DNA of 47,109 bases from an uncultured Candidatus Saccharibacteria bacterium (GTDB lineage: Bacteria > Patescibacteriota > Minisyncoccia > UBA6257 > 2-01-FULL-56-20): NCBI GenBank assembly GCA_964530925.1, contig CAZHBZ010000007.1, positions 6,207 through 53,315 of the forward strand, written 5' to 3'. Both the position numbers and the translations under genes were made by a program. The notes beneath the pieces are model-generated. The model was not told the origin of the DNA, did not search any database, and saw nothing but the letters and a program-made list of their open reading frames with translations. Below, piece by piece: positions 16,298-24,317 of the stretch. Position 1 is the first letter of the stretch; the number at the start of each line of letters is the position of its first letter.

Positions 16298-17122
16298 ATG
16301 CAAAAAATAAATTTTTGGGACGCGCATACGCATATTCATTTTCGAAATTATGACGAAGACAGGAAGGAAACGCTCGAGAGGGCCTTTAAAGCCGGAGTCA
16401 AAATAATAACCGCGGGGACGCAAAGTTCCACTTCGGAAGGCGCGATAGAATTGGCCAAAAAATATCCGGGGCAAGTTTTCGCGGCGGTCGGGTTCCACCC
16501 CGCTCATTTTGCGAGCGATTGGCATTACGATGAGAACGAACAAGAAGAACCGGCGCCGGAACTTTTCGATAAAGCCAAAATAAAAGAGCTGGCCCTCGCG
16601 CCGGAGGCGGTGGCTGTCGGCGAGTGCGGACTGGACTACTATCGGGTTTCAGACGACGAAACCAAAGAAAAGCAGCGGGCCGGATTTATCGAGCAGATAT
16701 ATGTTTCCCACGAAACCGGGAAGCCTCTGGTGATTCATTGTCGGGAAGCTTTCGGAGACTTGATAGAGATACTTGAGGCGCATCGGGATTATCTTTTGGA
16801 ATATCCGGGAGTCATCCACTTTTTTAGCGGCACCACAGAAGAGGCCGACGCGCTTCTTGGCCTTGGATTTTCGTTCACTTTCGGGGGCGTTATAACTTTT
16901 GCCCGCGACTACGACGAGGTGATAAAGTTCTTGCCTATTGAGAATATTCTCTCCGAAACCGACGCTCCCTATGTGGCTCCAGAACCATATCGGGGAAAAC
17001 GCAATGAGCCTTCGTATGTGGCAGAGGTTGCAAAGAAACTCGCCGAGCTTAAAGGAGTTTCTCTTGAGGAGATGGCTTCGGCGATAGACGCGAACGTCAG
17101 GCGGATATTTAAGATTGCTTAG
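16298..17122 (+). CDS. tatD: TatD-family metal-dependent hydrolase
   Basis: DAHTHIHF, GECGLDYY, VIHCREA, SETDAPY motifs. Start moved to the ATG at 16298. Confidence 0.9.
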   Translation: MQKINFWDAHTHIHFRNYDEDRKETLERAFKAGVKIITAGTQSSTSEGAIELAKKYPGQVFAAVGFHPAHFASDWHYDENEQEEPAPELFDKAKIKELALAPEAVAVGECGLDYYRVSDDETKEKQRAGFIEQIYVSHETGKPLVIHCREAFGDLIEILEAHRDYLLEYPGVIHFFSGTTEEADALLGLGFSFTFGGVITFARDYDEVIKFLPIENILSETDAPYVAPEPYRGKRNEPSYVAEVAKKLAELKGVSLEEMASAIDANVRRIFKIA

Positions 17123-17203
17123 TTTCAATAGGGAAGCTGGTCAGCCCGCTATTTGAGGAGTCTTTTCGATTTGGTATAGAATGAAAGGACCTGAATTATA
17201 AGT

Positions 17204-19708
17204 ATGCAAAAATACGACCCGAAAAAAATCGAGGCAAAGTGGCAAAAGGAGTGGACAAAAAGCGAGATATATTCCGCTAAAGATTTTGATAAAAAGCCAA
17301 AAAAATACGTGTTGGTCGAATTTCCGTACCCGTCGGGAGAAGGACTCCACATGGGACATCTCCGGCCCTATGTCGCGGGCGATACCTACTCTCGCTATCT
17401 TAGGATGAGGGGCAACAATGTTATCTTCCCGATCGGTTGGGACGCGTTCGGACTGCCCGCGGAAAACTATGCCATCAAGCATGGGGTTCAGCCGAGCGTT
17501 TCCACGGCAAAAAATATAGAGAATGCCAAACGTCAGATGCTTTCCTGGGGCTTAAGTTTTGACTGGACGCGGGAAGTGAATACCACCGACCCCGACTATT
17601 ATAAGTGGACGCAGTGGATATTTCTGCAATTTTATAAAGCCGGTTTGGCTTACGAAGCGACCGGGCTTATTAACTGGTGTCCGAAAGACAAGACAGGGCT
17701 TGCGAACGAAGAGGTTGTGGGCGGGAAGTGCGACAGATGCGGTACGCTCGTGGAGCAGAAAGAACTTCGCCAGTGGTATCTAAAGATAACCGCCTACGCG
17801 GAGAAACTTTTGGAAGGATTAAAAAATCTTCCGGAATGGCCGGAAGCGATAAAACTTCAACAGGAGAACTGGATTGGCCGCTCCGAGGGCGCGGAATTGG
17901 ATTTCAAGATAGATGGAAGCGAGGAGGCGATAAAAGTGTTTACAACGCGGCCAGATACTCTTTTTGGGGCGACCTACATGGTTTTGGCTCCGGAACACGA
18001 ACTAATACAGAATTTAGAATCTAGAATCCAGAATTTAGAAGAGGTAAAAAAATACATAAGAACGGCAGGCGCCAAGACGGAAGAGGAGCGTCTAACGGAG
18101 GGGAAGGAAAAAACGGGAGTTGAGCTTAAAGGTATAAAAGCCATTAATCCAGCGAACGGCGAAAAGATCCCGGTTTTTATCGCGGACTATGTTCTTTCGG
18201 GATACGGCACCGGCGCGATCATGGCCGTCCCCGCGCATGATGAGCGAGATTTTGAATTCGCGAAGAACTTTGATCTAAAAATTAAGCATGTGATTGAGCC
18301 CAGCGAAATTGATAATTACCAAGAACTGGCTTTTCAAATTGTTTTTGGTGCCGGCGAAAGAAAAAATTATCAACCCTCGATTAATCAAAACGAGGTTCTT
18401 GCCGCTCTTGATGCGCTAAAAAGAGGGGACTTTTGTTATTATCGAGCAAAAGGAGTGATTGTTAATTCCGAGAAGTTCAACGGAATGGAGTCCGAAAAAG
18501 CTAAGTGGGAGATAACCAAATTGGTTGGCGGAGAAAAGAAAATACAATATAAGCTTCGGGATTGGGTTTTTAGCCGTCAGCGCTATTGGGGAGAGCCGAT
18601 TCCTTTAATTCACTGCGAAAAATGCGGAATCGTAGCGGTCCCGGATAAAGATTTACCGGTTGAATTGCCAAAGGTGGAGAAATACGAACCGACCGGAACG
18701 GGGGAATCTCCGCTCGCGGCCATCGAAGATTGGGTGAATATAAAATGTCCGAAATGCGAGGGCCCAGCCAAACGCGAGACAAACACCATGCCGCAATGGG
18801 CCGGCTCTTCCTGGTACTGGCTTAGGTATGCTGATCCGAAAAATAAAAAGGAATTCGCGTCGAAAGAAAAACTTGAGTATTGGACTCCGGTGGATGTTTA
18901 TCTTGGCGGGATGGAGCATACCACGCTACACCTTTTATACTCCCGTTTCTGGAATCTTTTCCTTTATGACCAGGGATTGGTCCCGGTCAAAGAGCCATAT
19001 AGGAATCGCCATCCGCACGGCATAGTCTTGGCCGCTGACGGGGAAAAAATGAGCAAGAGCCGCGGCAATGTGGTCAACCCCGACGAAATCGTCTCGAACT
19101 TCGGCGCGGACACTCTTCGAATGTATGAGATGTTCCTGGGCCCTCATGAGATGAGCGTCAGCTGGAATGACCAGGGGATTTTGGGAATATCGAGGTTCTT
19201 AAATAGGGTTTGGAAGCTGATCGCGGAAGGAACTGCTGAGCGTCAGGGTGAAAACGCCGTGGCTCACAAAACAATCAAGAAGGTCGGCGAAGATATCGAG
19301 AATTTCCGCTACAACACCGCTATTAGCGCCATGATGATATTTCTAAACGACTTGGAATCAAATGGCGCATCCGCGTTCGACAAACAGGTTCTGGTTAAAC
19401 TTCTCGCGCCCTTCGCTCCGCACATTGCCGAAGAATTGTGGCAAATCTTAAATCCAAAAGCAGAAGGTTCGATACATCAAGAAAAATGGCCGGAATACGA
19501 TTCGAAGCTTTGCGAGGAAAAAACCTTTAACCTGATAATTCAAGTTAACGGCAAGACTCGCGCGAACGTGGAGATGGCCGCCGGCGCCACGGAAGAAGAA
19601 GCCGGGGCAAAAGCGCTTGCGGAAGAGAAAGTGAAGGTTGCGATTGCCGGCGCGGATATCAAGAGAATCGTCTATGTTCCGGGGAGACTTATAAACATTG
19701 TCATCTAA
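17204..19708 (+). CDS. leuS: leucyl-tRNA synthetase
   Basis: 834 aa. HMGH and KMSKS signatures, CP1 editing region. TAGAAT -10 at 17177-17182. Confidence 0.97.
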   Translation: MQKYDPKKIEAKWQKEWTKSEIYSAKDFDKKPKKYVLVEFPYPSGEGLHMGHLRPYVAGDTYSRYLRMRGNNVIFPIGWDAFGLPAENYAIKHGVQPSVSTAKNIENAKRQMLSWGLSFDWTREVNTTDPDYYKWTQWIFLQFYKAGLAYEATGLINWCPKDKTGLANEEVVGGKCDRCGTLVEQKELRQWYLKITAYAEKLLEGLKNLPEWPEAIKLQQENWIGRSEGAELDFKIDGSEEAIKVFTTRPDTLFGATYMVLAPEHELIQNLESRIQNLEEVKKYIRTAGAKTEEERLTEGKEKTGVELKGIKAINPANGEKIPVFIADYVLSGYGTGAIMAVPAHDERDFEFAKNFDLKIKHVIEPSEIDNYQELAFQIVFGAGERKNYQPSINQNEVLAALDALKRGDFCYYRAKGVIVNSEKFNGMESEKAKWEITKLVGGEKKIQYKLRDWVFSRQRYWGEPIPLIHCEKCGIVAVPDKDLPVELPKVEKYEPTGTGESPLAAIEDWVNIKCPKCEGPAKRETNTMPQWAGSSWYWLRYADPKNKKEFASKEKLEYWTPVDVYLGGMEHTTLHLLYSRFWNLFLYDQGLVPVKEPYRNRHPHGIVLAADGEKMSKSRGNVVNPDEIVSNFGADTLRMYEMFLGPHEMSVSWNDQGILGISRFLNRVWKLIAEGTAERQGENAVAHKTIKKVGEDIENFRYNTAISAMMIFLNDLESNGASAFDKQVLVKLLAPFAPHIAEELWQILNPKAEGSIHQEKWPEYDSKLCEEKTFNLIIQVNGKTRANVEMAAGATEEEAGAKALAEEKVKVAIAGADIKRIVYVPGRLINIVI
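18007..18041. repeat. 5 tandem heptamers ACAGAAT/TTAGAAT/CTAGAAT/CCAGAAT/TTAGAAG inside leuS (encode QNLESRIQNLE)
   Basis: Read directly. Same unit as the arrays at 2475 and 12647. The triplets at 18008 and 18029 are in the leuS frame and read CAG; the other three read TAG. Confidence 0.9.
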
Positions 19709-19722
19709 AATCGGAAAACCCA

Positions 19723-20232
19723 ATGTTTAAGGATGATTTTATAAAGTATCTTTTTTTCCTCTGCCTTATAATTCTTTTACTCTATGTTTTTCAGCCGTCT
19801 TTTTGGAACAGCCATCCCGGCTTGATAAGATTTTTCAGCCAGGATAGTTCCGCTCCAGCGTCCGGAGGCTCGACCGCCACTTCTTCCGAGGCTAGATTGT
19901 CTCAGGTTGTTTCGGGAGAGGATTACACGCGCGTTTCCGGCGTATCTATTTCTTCCGTTGGCGATGTGGGGGAGCTTCGTATCTCGGCGGCAAAAAATTC
20001 TCCGAGAGAGGTTAATCTGGGAGGGTGGAAAATAAAGACTTCTCTCACAACCATAACCATCCCCACGGCGCGAATACCAGCCGGAGGAACGCTCACGATA
20101 TCTTCGCTCTCCGCGCCTGTTTCCGGAGCCGCGTCAAGAACCTATTATCTCGGTCAGAGATTTCTGAACTTAAGCGACACAATATATCTTTATTCCAAGT
20201 CCGGAACTTTGGTGGACAAGTACGCGTACTAA
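19723..20232 (+). CDS. membrane-anchored protein with a lamin-tail-domain-like C-terminus
   Basis: N-terminal TM helix. GGWKIKT...IPAGGTLTISS...IYLYSKSGTLVDKYAY resembles the LTD pattern. Confidence 0.55.
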   Translation: MFKDDFIKYLFFLCLIILLLYVFQPSFWNSHPGLIRFFSQDSSAPASGGSTATSSEARLSQVVSGEDYTRVSGVSISSVGDVGELRISAAKNSPREVNLGGWKIKTSLTTITIPTARIPAGGTLTISSLSAPVSGAASRTYYLGQRFLNLSDTIYLYSKSGTLVDKYAY

Positions 20233-20234
20233 GA

Positions 20235-21278
20235 CTATTTCCTTTCCGCCATAAATATTCGAGAGCAAAGGAATTTTCCTTTCCGCAATATTTTAACATC
20301 CAAAGCGTCTCCAACTTTCATTCCATCCAGAATGTCCTGTATCGGGTTATCCTTTTCTACCTTTTTGTCGTTGCATTCCAAAATAATATCGCCTTCTCTG
20401 ATTCCGGCTTTATCCGCCGGGCTTTTGGGCACTACCGCGTGATCGTTTGGACCCTCTCCCGTGACTAACGCGCCATGATCGGCCGGAAGATTCATTTTCG
20501 CCTGCAGATTTTTGTCGATGATTATATAGCGAAGTCCCAGATAGGGTCTCCTGACGCGGCCAAAGCGCCGAAGGTCTTCCAGGTCTCTCGCAACCGCGTT
20601 TATCGGGATGGCGAAGTTTATATTCTGGGCGCCGAAAACGACTGCCGCATTGATACCGATAGCCTTGCCATCCAGGTCCACCAATGGTCCGCCGGAATTT
20701 CCGGGATTTATCGCCGCGTCGGTCTGTATCAAGCCTCTCATTTCCTGCGGAGGGGCCTTTGGGTCCGCCTGGGCGGTTATCGCTCTTGAAAGCCCGGAGA
20801 CGATGCCTAAAGACACGGTGTTCCGGAATATCCCAAGCGCGTTTCCTATGGCGATAACGCTCTCGCCAAGATCAAGCCTGGTGGCATCCCCAAGCTTCAC
20901 AGTCGGAAGACCGGAAGCCTTTATTTTTAAAATAGCCACATCGTAGATGGGATCGCGGGTCATAATTATCGCCGGATGGCTTTCCCCGTCATTCGTGATG
21001 ACGGAATACTCCGCCTTCGGATCGGAGATAACGTGTTTATTTGTGACGATAAGTCCTTCTGGGGAAACGATAAAACCGCTGCCGCCGCCAACGCTAACCA
21101 TTCCTCGGGAATCGGTTAAAATATCCGCGACTTTAAATTTCCTCTCTTTATTTTTTTTGAAAAGCGGGGCGAAGGCTGGAATTTCTTTTTTAACGTCGGT
21201 GAGATTTTTGGAAATGACGATAGAGACCACCGCGGGCATCACATTTTTTATTGTAGAAATAACTTGTTTGTCCTGCAT
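20235..21278 (-). CDS. htrA: HtrA/DegP-family serine protease with PDZ domain
   Basis: Catalytic triad contexts TNKHV, DVAILKI, GNSGGPLV. C-terminal PDZ (GIREGDIILECNDKKV). Confidence 0.92.
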   Translation of the reverse strand: MQDKQVISTIKNVMPAVVSIVISKNLTDVKKEIPAFAPLFKKNKERKFKVADILTDSRGMVSVGGGSGFIVSPEGLIVTNKHVISDPKAEYSVITNDGESHPAIIMTRDPIYDVAILKIKASGLPTVKLGDATRLDLGESVIAIGNALGIFRNTVSLGIVSGLSRAITAQADPKAPPQEMRGLIQTDAAINPGNSGGPLVDLDGKAIGINAAVVFGAQNINFAIPINAVARDLEDLRRFGRVRRPYLGLRYIIIDKNLQAKMNLPADHGALVTGEGPNDHAVVPKSPADKAGIREGDIILECNDKKVEKDNPIQDILDGMKVGDALDVKILRKGKFLCSRIFMAERK

Positions 21279-21284
21279 GCGTTA

Positions 21285-21293
21285 ATTGTAGCA
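21285..21293 (-). promoter_or_regulatory. extended -10 placed 6 nt before the htrA ATG (leaderless layout)
   Basis: Minus strand: TGcTACAAT-taacgc-ATG. Confidence 0.5.
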
Positions 21294-21418
21294 TTAAAAA
21301 TAGCGAAAAGAGGTGTTAATAAAAAATGAGAGCATTTCTGCGCCCATTTTTATTTCTCTGTAAGCCGCAATCCCGTTTCGTGGCGGCGGGGGGTGAGGGG
21401 GATTCGTCCCGCGCAAAG

Positions 21419-21505
21419 CGGAGGGTAGAGGATTTGAACCTCTGAGGGGATTTCTCCCCAACCGCATTTCGAGTGCGGCGCAATAGACCACTATGCGAAC
21501 CCTCC
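21419..21505 (-). tRNA. tRNA-Ser (anticodon CGA), class II with long variable arm, no encoded CCA
   Basis: Hand-folded. Acceptor GGAGGGU/ACCCUCC, anticodon arm CCGCA-CUCGAAA-UGCGG, variable stem GGGGA/UCCCC, T-arm AGAGG-UUCAAAU-CCUCU, discriminator G. Confidence 0.85.
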
Positions 21506-21612
21506 GCTTTAAGCGGGATTGCGATTTGTTGTCAATATTTTATAAAAATAAAATTATTGAACAAATCGGGAAAATTCACGGGACCTTTAAAGTTTCCTTA
21601 CTTGCTGATTTT

Positions 21613-21673
21613 ACCCCCACACCAGGCAAAGAACAAGATTTTTTTGATTCCATTTTTTGTTTGGTGTGGGGGT
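21613..21673. other. long hairpin (12-bp perfect stem, extendable with G-U pairs) in the tRNA-Ser upstream spacer
   Basis: ACCCCCACACCA (21613-21624) pairs with TGGTGTGGGGGT (21662-21673), followed on the + strand by TTTACTTTTTGC. Confidence 0.6.
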
Positions 21674-21688
21674 TTACTTTTTGCTTGG

Positions 21689-21717
21689 GTAAAAAGAAAA
21701 GCCCCCAATTGGGGGCT
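21689..21717 (-). terminator. terminator of the CxxC ORFan
   Basis: AGCCCCC-AATT-GGGGGCT followed on the minus strand by TTTTCTTTTTAC. Confidence 0.75.
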
Positions 21718-21731
21718 TGAAGAGGGGAGCT

Positions 21732-22037
21732 TCAGGCGAGTCGAGGATGGAGCGGGAGGCTTGCGGCTGTTTGCCAGGCCAACTCGTTGAGGCTGACATC
21801 GGCCGGACACCTGCCGCGCAGGGCTTCCGCGACCCTTTCTGCGCAGGTCCTGTGGAGCCCGCCAGCTCTGCCAAGGCTCGCGAGCTCCGCGAACCGTAGG
21901 ATGACATCGTCATCTCCTGTCGCGAGGGCTCGCCTTTCGGCTTCGGCGATTGTCTTTTTGTCCACGCTGAATGGGGTTTCTGATTCGCCGAGCAGAAGAT
22001 GACACTTCGGGCAGATGCGGTGACTTTTTCGATTCAT
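21732..22037 (-). CDS. small hypothetical protein (101 aa) with N-terminal CPKC
   Basis: ATG at 22037 behind GGAAGAGGAGGA. The longer 162-aa ORF in the track runs through the promoter. Confidence 0.5.
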   Translation of the reverse strand: MNRKSHRICPKCHLLLGESETPFSVDKKTIAEAERRALATGDDDVILRFAELASLGRAGGLHRTCAERVAEALRGRCPADVSLNELAWQTAASLPLHPRLA

Positions 22038-22077
22038 GAGTCCTCCTCTTCCGTTTCGTATTTCAGGGCTGGTTCCA

Positions 22078-22105
22078 ATTATAACTAGTTTTGTAATTTT
22101 GGCAA
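22078..22105 (-). promoter_or_regulatory. promoter of the CxxC ORFan
   Basis: Minus strand: TTGCCA (22100-22105), 16 nt, TATAAT (22078-22083). Confidence 0.55.
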
Positions 22106-22186
22106 CAGGAAGCTTTTGAGTTTGATTTCTGCGGTAAAATTGAAGCGCGGGTCCCGCCGGCGGCGGGGCATAAGAATTAGTAGCAC

Positions 22187-22213
22187 AAAAACACCGCGGG
22201 GGCGGTGTTTTTG
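22187..22213. terminator. bidirectional hairpin terminator downstream of tRNA-Arg
   Basis: AAAA-ACACCGC-GGGG-GCGGTGT-TTTTG. Confidence 0.7.
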
Positions 22214-22230
22214 CTAACAAGATTCTAATG

Positions 22231-22302
22231 TGCCCTCGCGAGGAATCGAACCTCGATCGGCTCGTTAGGAGTGAGCAGTTCTATCCATTGAACTACGAGG
22301 GC
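22231..22302 (-). tRNA. tRNA-Arg (anticodon CCU), no encoded CCA
   Basis: Hand-folded. Acceptor GCCCUCG/CGAGGGC, D-arm GUUC-AAUGGAUA-GAAC, anticodon loop CUCCUAA, T-arm CGAGG-UUCGAUU-CCUCG, discriminator A. Confidence 0.88.
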
Positions 22303-22412
22303 TATTTATGAGTTGAATATACAGCATTTCTGGGGTATATACAATTTTTTGATTGGAGTTGCCGAGAGAATAGTTTTCAGCTAATATTTTAGAGCGTAAA
22401 AGTTATAGTCGG

Positions 22413-22515
22413 TTAGCTTCTCGTTTGGGCCTATATCAAGATTACTGATATATGCCCGTCACTCGAAGAAAGAGTAAATTTAAATTTATTCTTTAGCTTC
22501 TCGTTTGGGCCTATA
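22413..22515 (+). repeat. 23-bp perfect direct repeat TTAGCTTCTCGTTTGGGCCTATA (22413-22435 and 22493-22515); the second copy includes the first 9 nt of tRNA-Ala
   Basis: Read directly; 80-bp offset. Confidence 0.9.
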
Positions 22516-22577
22516 GTATAGCGGTAGAACGGTTCCATGGCATGGAACAGGTCGGGGTTCGACTCCCCGTAGGTCCA
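22507..22577 (+). tRNA. tRNA-Ala (anticodon GGC), no encoded CCA
   Basis: Acceptor GGGCCUA/UAGGUCC gives the G3:U70 Ala identity pair. Anticodon arm GUUCC-AUGGCAU-GGAAC, T-arm CGGGG-UUCGACU-CCCCG, discriminator A. The D-stem is weak. Confidence 0.78.
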
Positions 22578-22635
22578 CAAACAAAAATATCCAGCCGGAG
22601 GCCGAGTAGTGAGATCCTCCCCGTAGATCCACAAA
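22563..22635 (+). repeat. 19-nt direct repeat (1 mismatch) of the tRNA-Ala 3' end plus 4 nt of trailer
   Basis: CTCCCCGTAGGTCCACAAA (22563-22581) versus CTCCCCGTAGATCCACAAA (22617-22635); 54-bp offset. Confidence 0.85.
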
Positions 22636-22638
22636 ATG

Positions 22639-22678
22639 AAGCAGCCCGGCGTTTTAGTTAGGCTGCTTTGCTTTTTGC
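22639..22678 (+). terminator. hairpin terminator after the tRNA-Ala locus
   Basis: AAGCAGCC...GGCTGCTT followed by TGCTTTTTG. Confidence 0.6.
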
Positions 22679-22789
22679 GAAATCGCGGCGCGACTCGGCT
22701 AACGAACGAAAAAAGGAGCGGATTCGTCCAAAAACGCGTGATTCGTTCCGTGGGGTGGAGGAAATACGATAATGAGATAAAATCTATAT

Positions 22790-23434
22790 ATGTTTAACAA
22801 AATATCTATAAATAGATTCGTGCGAACATTAGTAGCCTCCGACTTCTTTTTGTTCTTTGCGGTCGGTCTTTTGGCGCCAATTTACGCGGTTTTTGTCTTG
22901 GAAAATATAACCGATAGGTTAGAGGTAATCGGCTACGCTGTTTCTTTTTATTGGATAACTAGGGTGATTTTGGTTATTCCATTCAGCATTGTCATGGATA
23001 AGATAAAAGGGGAGTTCGATGAATATTCGTTTATGATCGCCGGAACAGCTTTAATATCAATAGTCCCTTTGTTCTATCTAGTAGCTTCGGAGCCATGGCA
23101 TATATATTTACTACAGATTTTAAACGGGGTAGCGAACGCTATGGCAGTGCCGGCCTGGCGCATTGTTTTTACAAAACACATAGATCGTGAGATTACCGGC
23201 TTCGAGTGGTCGCTGGAGGATGTCGGTGTTGGCTTGGCAACCGCTTCTAGCGCCGCTTTGGGCGCGATAATCGCCAATAAGTTTGGGTTCGACACCCTTT
23301 TTGTTTTTGTTTTCATTTTTGGGGCAATCAGCACCGCCATCCTTTTTAAGCTTAGGGGTAATAAGAAAATCATAATCGAATTAGCCAAGGGCGGTTCGGA
23401 CAAGGGCCCTATGAAAATTGACACGATAAAATAA
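22790..23434 (+). CDS. 6-TM MFS-like half-size membrane protein
   Basis: 214 aa with six hydrophobic helices. TAAAAT (22778-22783) lies 6 nt before the ATG. Confidence 0.6.
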   Translation: MFNKISINRFVRTLVASDFFLFFAVGLLAPIYAVFVLENITDRLEVIGYAVSFYWITRVILVIPFSIVMDKIKGEFDEYSFMIAGTALISIVPLFYLVASEPWHIYLLQILNGVANAMAVPAWRIVFTKHIDREITGFEWSLEDVGVGLATASSAALGAIIANKFGFDTLFVFVFIFGAISTAILFKLRGNKKIIIELAKGGSDKGPMKIDTIK

Positions 23435-23493
23435 AAAATCCACACACGAGGAGTTTTTATTTTTCATAAATCCCTGGGCTCGGGATGGATATT

Positions 23494-24225
23494 CTAGAAA
23501 TATCTTATGTGCGGGGATTTTCTAATTATCTTCCAGGCTTCTTCGGCGGTGTCCACGACTTGGTATATCTTCATGTCCTCTTTGTCGATTGCTTTGAATT
23601 TTCCGTACATTTCGGTTTCAACCCAGCGAAGAAGCGGTTCCCAGAATTCTTTTCCTACGCAGATTATCGGAATATCTGCCAATCTTTTTTTGGTCTGGAG
23701 AAGGGTTACCATCTCGAAAAACTCGTCCAGGGTCCCGAATCCGCCGGGGAAGTAGACATAGGCTTGAGCGGCGTAGGTCAGCATAACTTTTCTGCTGAAA
23801 AAATAATGGAAACCGATGCCTTTCTTCACCCAGGGGTTAATGCGTTGCTCGAATGGAAGCTGAATATTCAATCCGATTGATTCTCCTCCTCCCTGATGGA
23901 CTCCGCGGTTTCCGGCCTCCATTATGCCCGGACCTCCTCCCGTGACAACCCCGTATCCCTTTTCTCCCAATATTTCACCAAGGCGTTGCGCTTCTTTATA
24001 CCAATGATTGTCTTCCGGAAAGCGGGCGGAACCGAAAAAACTCACGGTTTTGATTCCATTAAAATCCGCGAGAAAGGTAAAGCCATCAGTAAATTCAGAG
24101 AGTATTCTAAGGACTCTCCAGTGGAATGAGTCGCGAAAATCTCCGTGAGGGTTAGCCTGAGACGGAAGTTTGGATGCCGGAACGTTTAGCTCGTCTTTAT
24201 TTTGCGTTGGCGTTATCAATCTCAT
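23494..24225 (-). CDS. LOG-family (TIGR00730) nucleotide phosphoribohydrolase-like protein
   Basis: GGGPGIMEAGNRG and PGGFGTLDEFFE motifs. Confidence 0.9.
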   Translation of the reverse strand: MRLITPTQNKDELNVPASKLPSQANPHGDFRDSFHWRVLRILSEFTDGFTFLADFNGIKTVSFFGSARFPEDNHWYKEAQRLGEILGEKGYGVVTGGGPGIMEAGNRGVHQGGGESIGLNIQLPFEQRINPWVKKGIGFHYFFSRKVMLTYAAQAYVYFPGGFGTLDEFFEMVTLLQTKKRLADIPIICVGKEFWEPLLRWVETEMYGKFKAIDKEDMKIYQVVDTAEEAWKIIRKSPHIRYF

Positions 24226-24317
24226 TTTGTTTTTGGCTGTTGGTTTTATTTCTGCCTTTTGCTTAATTTTAGCATATTTCGAGGACGTAGAATTTGTTCT
24301 ATGATTTAAGGTATCGA

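Noticed and set aside
21340-21418. Possible tRNA fragment or T-arm-like GGGACGAATCCCC downstream of tRNA-Ser
   Set aside because: Only a 4-bp stem can be drawn. No acceptor or anticodon arm is present, so this is probably just a GC-rich spacer.
21294-21491. ORFs overlapping tRNA genes (21294-21491, 22431-22634, 46029-46322)
   Set aside because: Each spans a well-folded tRNA on the opposite or the same strand and has no translation signals.
22790-23434. The 214-aa MFS-like gene as a truncated pseudogene
   Set aside because: The upstream 150 bp shows no remnant of a missing N-terminal half, and the ORF has its own -10/ATG arrangement. A half-size (6-TM) protein is plausible. This is left as a CDS with moderate confidence.
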